Shown here in pieces: positions 8,381 through 19,905 of a DNA stretch of 42,176 bases. The position numbers and the translations under genes are program-made. The stretch's first letter is position 1, and each line of letters begins with the position of its first letter. Origin of the DNA: Acidimicrobiia bacterium (GTDB lineage Bacteria > Actinomycetota > Acidimicrobiia > Spongiisociales > ZC4RG35); the NCBI GenBank assembly GCA_046565785.1, contig JBKHXZ010000187.1, forward strand, positions 1 to 42,176, in the 5' to 3' direction. Below the pieces are notes generated by a model. It searched no databases, was not told the origin of the DNA, and saw nothing but the letters and a program-made list of their open reading frames with translations.

Positions 8381-10500
8381 GGCCGATCGACACCTGGACG
8401 ATCGTCGAGGAACGTTTCGACCCCGGGCGGGCAGGATGGCGCGAATCGCTCTTCACCATCGGGAACGGATACCTGATGACACGCGGGTCGTTCGAAGAGC
8501 AGCGTCGCGGAGAGTGCCGGGCGACGTTCATCAATGGGGCGTTCGTGACGCCACCCGGCGATCTCCCTCTGCTCGGTGCCGTACCGGACTGGACCGGGTT
8601 TCGCTTCACGGTCGACGGGGAACCGTTCGACCTCGAGCACCGTCGTCCGGCCGGGTATCGACGGGAACTGGACCTCCTGAACGGCTGTGTCACCCGGAGC
8701 GTCCTGTGGCGAGGTGCCGAGACCGGGACGGTGAGGGTCGCCTTTCGGCGTGTCCTTCCCCTGGGAATGCCGCATCTCGCAGTGCTCGAGGTTCGTATCG
8801 ACTCGCTCACCGACGACGTCACCATCGAATACCAGACCGGGCTGGATGCTTCGGTGCCCGGGCCTCACGTGCCGTGCTGGCACCCCCTCCACATCGAGCA
8901 CGGCGACGGTGGGGAGATGCGAGGCCGCTATCGGAGCGTCGACGATGCACACGGGCTCGATGTCCTGTGGCGAGTCGACGCCGATGGGCCGGTTCACCAC
9001 CTGGACGACTCCATCCACCCGCGTGTGCGCGGCCAGGTTTCGATCCCGGCAGGTTCGAATGCCACCTTCACCAAGTTCGTCGGTTATCGGGTGGATCGCA
9101 ACGAGGAGATCGACCTCATCCTGCCACCTCGTGGGACGTCGTTCGACGCCGTCGCCGATTCCTCCCGGGCGGCGTGGGCGACCCGCTGGCAGGCCTCGGC
9201 GATCACCGTCGACGGTGATCCCGAGGCCGAGCTGGCGTTCCACTACGCCGCCTTCCAGCTCATCGGGGCGGCTCCCCAAGCGGACACCGGAGCAGGCATC
9301 GGGGCTCGGATCGGCGGCTTCGGATACCGCCACCACGTGTTCTGGGACACCGACATCTTCGTTGCCCCGTACTTCGCCGTCACTCAGCCAGATCTGGCTC
9401 GGGCGCACCTCGGCTATCGGTACCGGGGTCTGGACGGTGCCCGTCGCAAGGCCGCCCGGTACGGGCGGGCAGGCGCCTTCTACGCCTGGGAGTCGGCGGG
9501 CACCGGTGACGAGGTAACACCTGAGTGGTCGAATCCCATCTACGGCGAGCCGGTACGCATCTGGACCGGCGAGATCGAAGAGCACATCACCGCGGACGTC
9601 GCCTGGTCGACAGAGCACTACTGGCGCTGGACCGGGGACGACCAGTTTCTGCTGACCGAAGGTGCGGAGATCGTGCTGGAGGGTGCGCGGTATTGGATGA
9701 GCCGGCTGGAGCACGAGGCGGACGGCTTTCACCTTCGAAACGTCATCGGACCCGACGAGTACCACATCGGTGTCGACGACAACTTCTACACCAACCTCAT
9801 GGCCGCCTGGCAGCTTCGGCTTGCCGGCGAGATGGTGTCCCGCCTCGACCGGATCGAAAGCGGCGCCGGGGACCGAGTTCTCCGTTCGCTCGATCTCCCG
9901 CGCGCCGGCCTCGCCGAGATGGCCCGCCGGGCGGACGACATCGTCCTGTCCCGAGGTCACGGCGGGGTGTGGGAGCAACACGCCGGGTTCTTCGAGCTGG
10001 AAACCCTCGACCTGGCAGCGTTCGAACCGCGGCTGCACAGCATCTACGAGTTGCTCGGCGAGGCCCGGATGCAGCGCACTGCCGTTATCAAGCAGCCAGA
10101 CGTTCTCATGGCGATGGCGCTGTTGGCGGCAGAGTCTCGACGAGACGAGCTGGCGGCCGCGAACTGGGCGTACTACGAGCCGAAGGCGGACCACGGCTCG
10201 TCGCTGTCGCTCACGTTCCACGCCCTGCTCGCCGCGCAGATGCACGAGCCGGATCTCGGGTACGAACTCCTGCGGCGTGCGATGGCGATCGACCTCGACG
10301 ATTCGATGGGGAACGGGGCCGACGGGATCCACACCGCCTGCCAGGGGGGCCTGCTTCTCACGGCTCTCTTCGGATTCGGAGGGCTGACACTGGGAGATCC
10401 GGATAGGTCGGTTCCCGCTCGCCTCCCGTCCCATTGGAAATCGTTTCATGCCTCGTACCGCAGAAGAGGAGAGCTACGGGAGATCGACATCTCGGGCTGA
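8377..10500 (+). CDS. Glycoside hydrolase family 65 (alpha-glucoside phosphorylase: kojibiose/maltose/trehalose-like)
   Basis: ESLFTIGNGYL, YRHHVFWDTD, EEHITAD, catalytic GPDEYH, VDDNFYTN, KQPD, HGSSLS. Confidence 0.92.
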   Translation: MRPIDTWTIVEERFDPGRAGWRESLFTIGNGYLMTRGSFEEQRRGECRATFINGAFVTPPGDLPLLGAVPDWTGFRFTVDGEPFDLEHRRPAGYRRELDLLNGCVTRSVLWRGAETGTVRVAFRRVLPLGMPHLAVLEVRIDSLTDDVTIEYQTGLDASVPGPHVPCWHPLHIEHGDGGEMRGRYRSVDDAHGLDVLWRVDADGPVHHLDDSIHPRVRGQVSIPAGSNATFTKFVGYRVDRNEEIDLILPPRGTSFDAVADSSRAAWATRWQASAITVDGDPEAELAFHYAAFQLIGAAPQADTGAGIGARIGGFGYRHHVFWDTDIFVAPYFAVTQPDLARAHLGYRYRGLDGARRKAARYGRAGAFYAWESAGTGDEVTPEWSNPIYGEPVRIWTGEIEEHITADVAWSTEHYWRWTGDDQFLLTEGAEIVLEGARYWMSRLEHEADGFHLRNVIGPDEYHIGVDDNFYTNLMAAWQLRLAGEMVSRLDRIESGAGDRVLRSLDLPRAGLAEMARRADDIVLSRGHGGVWEQHAGFFELETLDLAAFEPRLHSIYELLGEARMQRTAVIKQPDVLMAMALLAAESRRDELAAANWAYYEPKADHGSSLSLTFHALLAAQMHEPDLGYELLRRAMAIDLDDSMGNGADGIHTACQGGLLLTALFGFGGLTLGDPDRSVPARLPSHWKSFHASYRRRGELREIDISG

Positions 10501-10538
10501 ACACAAGGGACTCGACGTCCCCGGGAGAAAGGAAAGAG

Positions 10539-11867
10539 ATGATGCGATACAGGAAAGGTTGGGTGACCCTGGCGATCCTGGCCATGGTCATCGCTGCCTG
10601 CGGGGGTTCCGACGGAGCCACCGATACCACCAGCGGGGAGACCACCACCACCGCCCAGCAAACGACGACCACCCTCTCGGAGACGACGACGACGGTCGCC
10701 GCCGGATCACTCGAGGGTGTGGAGTTGAAGTTGTGGGGCTGGTCGTCGTCCGATGCAGAGAATCAGGCACTCGCCGATCTCGTCGCTGAGTTCAACGCCG
10801 AGACCGGAGCATTGGCAGAGTTCCAGCCCCAAGCGGAGTATGACGCCACCCTTCAGGCTGCGCTGGCCGGAGGAGAGCCACCGGATGTCTTCTACGTGGA
10901 TAGCTTCAAGCTGCCGGATCTGGCCAGCGAGGGAGTCCTCGCCCCCATTCCGGACGGGGCGGTCGATGCTCCCAGCGACATCTACCCGTCATTGCGGGAG
11001 GCGTTCACTTTCGACGGTACCTGGTACTGCCCGCCGAAGGACTTCTCGACGTTGGCGCTGATCTACGACCCGAGCGTGCTGGAAGCAGCCGGTGTCGACG
11101 TTCCGACCAACTGGGAGGAACTCCGAGCAGCAGCAGAGGCCCTGACGACGGGACCGATCGAAGAAATCGCCGCCGGGAACGCCCAGGCGGGTCTGGCCAT
11201 GGGTGTCGAATACCCCCGTTGGGGCGTGTTCCTCTTCCAGGCCGGCGTGGCGCTCACCGACGACGAGGTGACCATGGTCACCCTCGACAACGACGAGGCT
11301 CGACAAGCCCTCCAGTACGTCTCTGATCTCTACCTCGATGGATACGCCGTGAAGCCGCAGGCGGTGGACGCCGGCTGGGCCGGGGAGGCGTTCGGTCAGG
11401 GCAAGGCGGCGATGACGATCGAGGGCAACTGGATCGTCGGATACCTGCAGGACACGTTCCCCGACAAGGAGTTCGCCGTCGCCGAGCTGCCCGTCGGACC
11501 GGCCGGGCCGGGGACGTTCGCGTTCACGGTCTGCTACGGGGTGCCAGCCAATGCTCCGAACCCCGACGCGTCCTGGGCGCTGGTCAACTTCCTGACCAAT
11601 CCGGAGGGCTCACTGGCGTGGACCAGTGCGTTCAACGTGATGCCGGCACGTATATCGGTGGCAGAGGACTGGCTCGCACCCCGGCCCGAGTTGGCGGCGT
11701 TCCTCGACGGGGCGGAGTACGCCCGCCGATGGGGCTTCAAGCCGGGTGTCAACGACCTGGTCGGTGTGTTCAACGAGATGGCCGAGGGTCTGATCGTCGG
11801 CGACGTCACCGTGGACGATCTGATCGCCGAGGTGGTGGACGCCGGCGAGAGCATCCTCGGAGGCTGA
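10539..11867 (+). CDS. Sugar ABC transporter substrate-binding lipoprotein
   Basis: Lipobox IAAC, Thr-rich linker, PPDVFYVD, PKDFSTLALIY, GKAAMTIEGNW; purine-rich RBS. Confidence 0.92.
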   Translation: MMRYRKGWVTLAILAMVIAACGGSDGATDTTSGETTTTAQQTTTTLSETTTTVAAGSLEGVELKLWGWSSSDAENQALADLVAEFNAETGALAEFQPQAEYDATLQAALAGGEPPDVFYVDSFKLPDLASEGVLAPIPDGAVDAPSDIYPSLREAFTFDGTWYCPPKDFSTLALIYDPSVLEAAGVDVPTNWEELRAAAEALTTGPIEEIAAGNAQAGLAMGVEYPRWGVFLFQAGVALTDDEVTMVTLDNDEARQALQYVSDLYLDGYAVKPQAVDAGWAGEAFGQGKAAMTIEGNWIVGYLQDTFPDKEFAVAELPVGPAGPGTFAFTVCYGVPANAPNPDASWALVNFLTNPEGSLAWTSAFNVMPARISVAEDWLAPRPELAAFLDGAEYARRWGFKPGVNDLVGVFNEMAEGLIVGDVTVDDLIAEVVDAGESILGG

Positions 11868-11876
11868 TTCGGCGTC

Positions 11877-11911
11877 GGTCCGGTCGGCTCGGCGAGCGAG
11901 CCGACCGGACC
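11877..11911. terminator. Intra-operon stem-loop after the SBP gene
   Basis: Perfect 15-bp stem ggtccggtcggctcg / cgagccgaccggacc, 5-nt loop. Confidence 0.75.
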
Positions 11912-11930
11912 CCTTTCGGGGAGGAGAACG

Positions 11931-13004
11931 ATGACAACGGGAGTCAGGCGTCGTGAGGCCACCGAGTCTCGGAAGCGGCGTCGGAGGAACGATCCTCTGG
12001 CCAGCAGGGCGCGGCTCGACAAGCGCGAAGGCGTGATCGGGTGGTTGTTCACCGCACCAGCACTGATCGGGCTGACCGTGTTCCTCGTGGTGCCGATCAT
12101 CATGACCGTATGGGTGAGCTTCACCGACTGGTCGGGACTCACTCCGCCGCTCGAATCAGACGTCATCGGGACGTCGAACTACGAGGAGTTGCTGATCGAC
12201 GACGGTCTCCGTCGTAAGGACTTCGCCCGGGCGGTGAGGAACAACTTCTGGTACGTGGTCGGTGTAGTGCCGGCGCAGACGATTCTGGCGTTCGTCCTGG
12301 CGGTGATCCTCAACCAGAAGTTCCTCAAGGGAAAGGGCTTCTTCCGCACCGCTTACTACTTCCCGTCGATCACAAGTTCGGTGGCGGTGACACTGATCTT
12401 CGTCTTCCTGTTCCAAACCCGCGGCCTGATCAACTCTGTCCTGCCCTTCCAGGACGTCAACTGGTTCGACAGTTCGAATGGTCTCATCCACAACTTCCTT
12501 GGGGTGATCGGTGTGAAGGGCGCGCCGGTGTGGATGGAGCGTGAGGTGTTCTCGTTGTCGTTGTGGGAATGGATGTCGGGACCGAGCGTGGCGATGACGG
12601 CCATCATGATGCTCGTTACCTGGACCACGGTGGGCACGATGATGCTCATCTTCCTCGCCGGACTGCAGAGCATCCCACCCTCGATCGAGGAGGCAGCGCT
12701 GGTCGACGGAGCTTCCGCGATGCAGCGCTTTTGGGAGATCACCGTGCCGATGATGCGTCCCACCATCTACTTCGTGGTGACGCTCGGTCTGATCGGCACC
12801 TGGCAGGTGTTCGACCAGATCTACGTCGCCACCTTCGGAGGCCCGCGCAAGGCCACGATCACCCCTGCCTTTTGGATCTACTTCCAGAGTTTCGACAACA
12901 ACTCGGCGTCACTGGGCGCGGCGATGGCCGTGGTGCTGTTCGCCATCATCATGGTTTTCGACTGGCTCAAGCGGCGGGTGGTCAAAGACACCGGGGAGGT
13001 CTGA
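11931..13004 (+). CDS. Sugar ABC transporter permease (MalF-like)
   Basis: Multiple TM segments, EAA loop IEEAALVDGAS, FRTAYYFP. Confidence 0.93.
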   Translation: MTTGVRRREATESRKRRRRNDPLASRARLDKREGVIGWLFTAPALIGLTVFLVVPIIMTVWVSFTDWSGLTPPLESDVIGTSNYEELLIDDGLRRKDFARAVRNNFWYVVGVVPAQTILAFVLAVILNQKFLKGKGFFRTAYYFPSITSSVAVTLIFVFLFQTRGLINSVLPFQDVNWFDSSNGLIHNFLGVIGVKGAPVWMEREVFSLSLWEWMSGPSVAMTAIMMLVTWTTVGTMMLIFLAGLQSIPPSIEEAALVDGASAMQRFWEITVPMMRPTIYFVVTLGLIGTWQVFDQIYVATFGGPRKATITPAFWIYFQSFDNNSASLGAAMAVVLFAIIMVFDWLKRRVVKDTGEV

Positions 13005-13007
13005 CAT

Positions 13008-13892
13008 ATGGCTCGTTCTGTTGCTACCGGTGTCCACGAGACGGGACCGGTCGCCGTCGCCAAGCGCGTCGTCGGTTACACCGCCCTCGTGGTGTTCGCG
13101 CTGGTGTTCATCTATCCGTTCCTGTTGACGATCACCAGCTCGTTCAAATCGCTTCCCGACATTCAGGCAAATCCGGTGGCGCTCCTGCCCTCTGCCGAGT
13201 TCGGCGGCGCGACCACCGAGGGGATCGAGCGGCTGAACTCCGAGCAGATCCGGTTTCCGCGCTGGGCCTTCAATTCGGTCGTGACCACGGTGGCCGTGGT
13301 GGTGCTTCGAATCGGCTTCGATGCGACTGCCGGGTACGCCCTCGCCCGGCTGCGATTTCCTGGAAGGCGCCTGGTGTTCAGCCTGGTGGTCGCAGTGATG
13401 GCTGTGCCCGGTGTCGTCCTGCTCATCCCCAAGTTCCTCGTGATGCGCGAGCTGGGAATCCTCAACACGTATGCCGGACTCGTCCTACCCCTGGCGTTCG
13501 ATGCGTTCGGAATCTTCTTGATGAAACAGTTCTTCGAGCAGCTACCCAGGGAGTTGGAGGAGGCGGCCGCGATCGACGGTGCGTCAACGTGGGAAACGTT
13601 CAGACTTGTGATGCTTCCGCTGGCGGCACCAGGTCTGATCGCTCTGACCATTCTCTCGACTCAGGGCGTGTGGAACGAGTTCCTCCACATGCTCATCGCC
13701 GCGCCGTCCGAGCCCGATCTGAAGACCCTCACCGTCGGGTTGGCCGGCATTCGAGGCGCCTTCGGTGAGGCGCCTCCGTGGAACACGATCCTCGCTGGAT
13801 CGATCATCACGACCATCCCGATCGCCATCATCTTCTTCACGTTCCAGCGCTTCTTCGTCCAGGGAGTGGCCGCCTCCGGCACCAAGGGCTGA
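13008..13892 (+). CDS. Sugar ABC transporter permease (MalG-like)
   Basis: AGYALARLRFPGR, EAA loop LEEAAAIDGAS, WNEF, FQRFFVQGVAASGTKG. Confidence 0.93.
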   Translation: MARSVATGVHETGPVAVAKRVVGYTALVVFALVFIYPFLLTITSSFKSLPDIQANPVALLPSAEFGGATTEGIERLNSEQIRFPRWAFNSVVTTVAVVVLRIGFDATAGYALARLRFPGRRLVFSLVVAVMAVPGVVLLIPKFLVMRELGILNTYAGLVLPLAFDAFGIFLMKQFFEQLPRELEEAAAIDGASTWETFRLVMLPLAAPGLIALTILSTQGVWNEFLHMLIAAPSEPDLKTLTVGLAGIRGAFGEAPPWNTILAGSIITTIPIAIIFFTFQRFFVQGVAASGTKG

Positions 13893-13897
13893 ATCCG

Positions 13898-14031
13898 AAA
13901 GGGCCCCGCCAACCCAGGGTTCCCCGGGCCCCTGGAGGGCCCCGCCAGCCCACGGTTGGGCGAGACCGACGAACCGTGGGCCGGGGCACGCCCAGAGGAC
14001 GGGCGCCACCAACCCTGGGTTGGCGGCGCCC
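13898..14031. repeat. REP-like long nested palindrome, copy 2 of the 75-bp repeat, between convergent genes
   Basis: 13898-13972 matches 7141-7215; outer IR gggccccgccaacccagggtt / aaccctgggttggcggcgccc; inner IR cccacggtt / aaccgtggg. Confidence 0.88.
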
Positions 14032-14050
14032 TCGTCGGTAGAAGGTGTGG

Positions 14051-15031
14051 TTACTCCTGAGAACCGGGGGTGGTGGAGCTGCTCGACGTCGTTCGCGACG
14101 TCGACATCGTGCGGCCGGTGCCCGGATCGACGTCCTTCCACATCTCGCCGATCGCAGCGACGCTGCCCAGCACCCCGCTGGTGTCGAGCGGCAGGAAGAT
14201 CTTCGTCGCTTGACCATCGGCGACTTGGCCGAGGGTCTCCAGGTAGCGGATCGCGATCAGGTCGGGAGTCGGATCGCCGGTGTGGATGGCCTGGAACACC
14301 CGCTCGATCGCCCGTGCCTCACCTTCGGCCACCGTTTCCTTCTGATATCGGTCGGCGTCGGCCACCCGCTTGATCGCCTCGGCTTGGCCTTCTGCTTCCA
14401 AGATGTTGGACTCCTTGATTCCTTCCGATCGAAGGATGGCCGCCCGCTTCTCGCCTTCCGCCTCGGTGACCGCGGCACGACGATCTCGCTCCGCTTTCAT
14501 CTGCCGGTGCATGGCGTCGGTGACGTCCGCCGGCGGCTCGATCCGCTGGATCTCCACCCGGACCACCCGAGTGCCCCACTTGTCGGTGGCGTCGTCGAGG
14601 ATCTGCCGCAACTTGGCGTTGATGATCTCCCGGGAGGTCAACGCCGAGTCCAGGTCCAGATCACCGATGACGTTCCTCAGGTTGGTCTGGGCGAGCTTCG
14701 TCACTGCCAGGATGAAGTTCCCCACGTTGTACTTCAGCTTCACTGGGTCGGTGGGCTCGTAGTAGATCACCGCGTCGACCGTCACCGCCACGTTGTCCTT
14801 GGTGATGACCTCCTGCGGTGGGACGTCCACCACCTGTTCGCGCATGTCCACTTTGGTGATGCGCTTGACGAACGGGATGACCCAGCGGAGACCGCTGTCG
14901 ACCGTCTTCTCGTACCTTCCGAGAAACTCGATCAGCCCCTTTTCGTAGGGTCTCACCACTCGGAACCCGGCTGCTGCGACGAGGATCGCCGCTACCGCCA
15001 GGATGAAGAGCAGGAACACGAGTGCGTCCAT
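14051..15031 (-). CDS. SPFH/band-7 (stomatin/QmcA-like) membrane protein
   Basis: N-terminal [65 protein letters not shown]. Confidence 0.93.
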   Translation of the reverse strand: MDALVFLLFILAVAAILVAAAGFRVVRPYEKGLIEFLGRYEKTVDSGLRWVIPFVKRITKVDMREQVVDVPPQEVITKDNVAVTVDAVIYYEPTDPVKLKYNVGNFILAVTKLAQTNLRNVIGDLDLDSALTSREIINAKLRQILDDATDKWGTRVVRVEIQRIEPPADVTDAMHRQMKAERDRRAAVTEAEGEKRAAILRSEGIKESNILEAEGQAEAIKRVADADRYQKETVAEGEARAIERVFQAIHTGDPTPDLIAIRYLETLGQVADGQATKIFLPLDTSGVLGSVAAIGEMWKDVDPGTGRTMSTSRTTSSSSTTPGSQE

Positions 15032-15056
15032 TGCCTACCTCACTTTCTTGCTGTCG

Positions 15057-15863
15057 TCATTCGTCGCCCAGCGGGGTGACCACCAGGCGGGAGCCTTGTA
15101 CGTCGGTGACGATGATTCGTGTTCCCGCAGGGATGGCTGAGCCGTCTTCGCTCATCGCCCGCCATTCCTCTGTGTCGATGCGGACCATGCCGTATCCGCT
15201 ATCCGGGTCGATGTCGGCCAGGACCACACCTTTCGCCTCGAGCCAGCGATTGGCGCCGATCCGAGGCTGGACCTGGTTGTCCTGCCGGTCGATGAACTTG
15301 CGGAGATAGGCGAAAGCGATCGCCGAGACTCCGAAGAACACCAGCCATTGAGCGAGTAATGCCACCCCAAGCCAGGCGAGGATGGCGGCCGCCGCCGCCC
15401 CGATCGCGAACGGAAGCAGGAAGAAGCCGGCAGTGAAGATTTCGCCGATTCCCATGCCCAGCGCCAGCAGGGTCCACACCCAGCGCCATTGGTCGTTGTC
15501 CACGTCGTTTCCTCCTTGCACGATGCTGCCGACGATGACCCCGGCCACCAGGGCCAACATTCCCAGTCCGTAGGTGGCGGCCGTTCGGCGACTCATCCGT
15601 CGGAAGTCGGCTGCGCCACTCTGTACGTCGTCCCAGGCGCCTGCCTCGATGCGGGCGCCCGCCGCTTCGGCCCAGTCGGCCGCGAAACGGCGGAGGTCGT
15701 GTCCGACGACTGCTTCCGGTGAACGGCCGTCCGCGGCCGCTTCGGCCAGGTGCTGCCCGAGTTCCAGTCGCATCTGGGTGCGGACCCGGCGGGGAACTCC
15801 GGCTTCCTGCCAGAAGCGGTCGCAGTCGGCTGTGATTCGTGCGAGTTCGGCACTGCTGGTCAT
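15057..15863 (-). CDS. NfeD-family protein with an extra N-terminal helical domain plus TM (possible internal start at 15503)
   Basis: C-terminal ~148 aa: EIFTAGFFLLPFAIGA TM region and OB-fold GMVRIDTEEWRA...GTRIIVTDVQGSRLVV; N-terminal RLELGQHLAEAAADGRSPEAVVG resembles helical domains encoded next to PadR genes. Confidence 0.82.
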   Translation of the reverse strand: MTSSAELARITADCDRFWQEAGVPRRVRTQMRLELGQHLAEAAADGRSPEAVVGHDLRRFAADWAEAAGARIEAGAWDDVQSGAADFRRMSRRTAATYGLGMLALVAGVIVGSIVQGGNDVDNDQWRWVWTLLALGMGIGEIFTAGFFLLPFAIGAAAAAILAWLGVALLAQWLVFFGVSAIAFAYLRKFIDRQDNQVQPRIGANRWLEAKGVVLADIDPDSGYGMVRIDTEEWRAMSEDGSAIPAGTRIIVTDVQGSRLVVTPLGDE

Positions 15864-16231
15864 CGCTTGTCACCTCCCACCACGTTGGCGACTCCGGCCA
15901 CGAGCTCGTTCCACGCTTTCGACCATTCGGTCAACGCTTGTTCCCCCTTCTTTTCCATGCGGTAGTACTTGCGTGCCGGGCCTTCCGGCGACGCCACCAG
16001 ATATCCCTCGATCAGCCCGTTGCGTTGCAGCCGGCTGAGCACCGGATAGATGGCCCCTTCGCTCACGAGATCGAGTCCGCGTTCTGTCAGTTTTCGCACC
16101 ATCTCATATCCGTAGCTCGGTTCCTCGGAAATCACCGCCAGGAGGCACATGTCCAGCACCCCTTTCAGTAACTGGGTGCTGCGGTCTCCGCCGGACCGGT
16201 CCCGTGGGCGGCCTGTGTCCTTGGTCACCAT
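15860..16231 (-). CDS. PadR family transcriptional regulator
   Basis: QLLKGVLDMCLL, SYGYE, SEGAIYPVLSRL, GPARKYY, W..L; stop overlaps the next start. Confidence 0.92.
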   Translation of the reverse strand: MVTKDTGRPRDRSGGDRSTQLLKGVLDMCLLAVISEEPSYGYEMVRKLTERGLDLVSEGAIYPVLSRLQRNGLIEGYLVASPEGPARKYYRMEKKGEQALTEWSKAWNELVAGVANVVGGDKR

Positions 16232-16250
16232 CTGCCGGTGGCTCGATCCA

Positions 16251-16292
16251 GTATCATGGAGTACAAGGTAGCAGAACTCCACCACTAGTCAA
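16251..16292 (-). promoter_or_regulatory. Putative sigma-70 promoter and PadR operator
   Basis: Minus strand TTGACT-N16-TACCTT; imperfect palindrome gtatcatggagtacaaggta (16251-16270) overlaps the -10. Confidence 0.45.
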
Positions 16293-16309
16293 CAACACCG
16301 AATAGTGAT

Positions 16310-16336
16310 TCTTTGGCGCAAGAGTCGCGCGAAAGA
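16310..16336 (-). terminator. Stem-loop downstream of the 16341-16733 gene
   Basis: tctttggcgc / gcgcgaaaga, 9/10 complementary. Confidence 0.45.
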
Positions 16337-16340
16337 GCCG

Positions 16341-16733
16341 CTATTGCAGGCGGGTGAGGCGGCGGTTGACGGCGTCGAGCACCGCCTTGGCGGTGGCGGT
16401 GGCCGAGTCGCCGTCCCGCACCAATGACGAACCGATCAGGTAGTCCGACCAACCCGACTCTCGCACCTGAGCGAGTGCGATCCGCACGGGACCCAGGTCG
16501 GAGGTGGCAACCGCGCTCAGGTCGAATTCGGACAGGCCACCGGTGAGGTTCTCCACCGCGCGCAGGGTCGCTTCTCCGACCACCCGAGGTCGATGCTGCG
16601 GTTCTGCCGTCCCTTCCGCACTGCCGCGATGGATCTCTCCGGCGAAGCCGATGGTCACGTCGACGTGAATGCGGTCGCCGTCTTGGTGCTGTTCGAGTGT
16701 CGCCAGGAAAGGGCGTTGGGCGTCGGTGATCAC
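16341..16733 (-). CDS. Hypothetical protein
   Basis: Fills the gap between padR and mscL; plausible alpha/beta sequence ending LIGSSLVRDG..ATAKAVLDAVNRRL; start uncertain. Confidence 0.65.
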   Translation of the reverse strand: MITDAQRPFLATLEQHQDGDRIHVDVTIGFAGEIHRGSAEGTAEPQHRPRVVGEATLRAVENLTGGLSEFDLSAVATSDLGPVRIALAQVRESGWSDYLIGSSLVRDGDSATATAKAVLDAVNRRLTRLQ

Positions 16734-16815
16734 GCCGTCAGGCTAGGCACGCGCTGCGCCCGCGGCGCAGCAGAGAGGCGGGGTATCTTGGCGCCACCGT
16801 CCGGAAGGGGAGCAT

Positions 16816-17202
16816 GTGATCAAGGAGTTCCGCGAGTTCATCAACCGGGGAAACCTGGTCGATCTGGCTGTCGCCTTCGTCCTCGGTGTTGCGTTCGCCT
16901 CGGTGACGACCGCGTTTACAGCCCGCATCGTCAGCCCCCTGATCGGAATGGTGTTCGATCTGTCCGGTTTGGAGACCATGGGCACCTTCGGCCCGGCCGA
17001 TCCGGAGACCGGGCTGCCGGTGGGATCTGTGGGGGCGTTCATCCAGGCGTTGATCAATTTCGTGATTGTTGGCTTCGTGATGTTTTTGGTGGTCAAGGCC
17101 TACAACAAGACCAAGAAGCCTGAGCCCGAACCGGAGCCCGCCGCGGATCCGGAGGACATCGTGCTTCTGCGGCGCATCGCCGAGGCGGTGGAACGGGACT
17201 GA
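16816..17202 (+). CDS. mscL: Large-conductance mechanosensitive channel
   Basis: MIKEFREFINRGNLVDLAVAFVLGVAF, GAFIQALINFVIVGFVMF, DIVLLRRI. Confidence 0.95.
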   Translation: MIKEFREFINRGNLVDLAVAFVLGVAFASVTTAFTARIVSPLIGMVFDLSGLETMGTFGPADPETGLPVGSVGAFIQALINFVIVGFVMFLVVKAYNKTKKPEPEPEPAADPEDIVLLRRIAEAVERD

Positions 17203-17222
17203 GGCCGGGCAACCTCCATTCC

Positions 17223-17254
17223 ACGATGCCCCTGGATTCGTCCGGGGGCATCGT
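17223..17254 (+). terminator. Terminator hairpin after mscL
   Basis: acgatgcccctgga-ttcg-tccgggggcatcgt. Confidence 0.75.
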
Positions 17255-17278
17255 CGCGTTCCGACCGAGCGGGAATAG

Positions 17279-17301
17279 ATCTGATATGAATAGACTTAGA
17301 T
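17279..17301. promoter_or_regulatory. HAIR-like HspR operator upstream of clpB
   Basis: AT-rich atctgatatgaatagacttagat; reverse complement reads TCTAAGT-N7-TATCAGA; overlaps a TAGACT -10-like hexamer. Confidence 0.55.
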
Positions 17302-17328
17302 TTACTGAATGACGAAAGGAACGGTTGG

Positions 17329-19902
<2,574 letters not shown>

Positions 19903-19905
19903 CCG

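Noticed and set aside
7843-10449. 868-aa minus-strand ORF, and similar long ORFs at 17539-18642, 29307-31175 and 35379-37340
   Set aside because: Antisense to well-supported genes, with no recognisable motifs; expected from GC-rich codon bias
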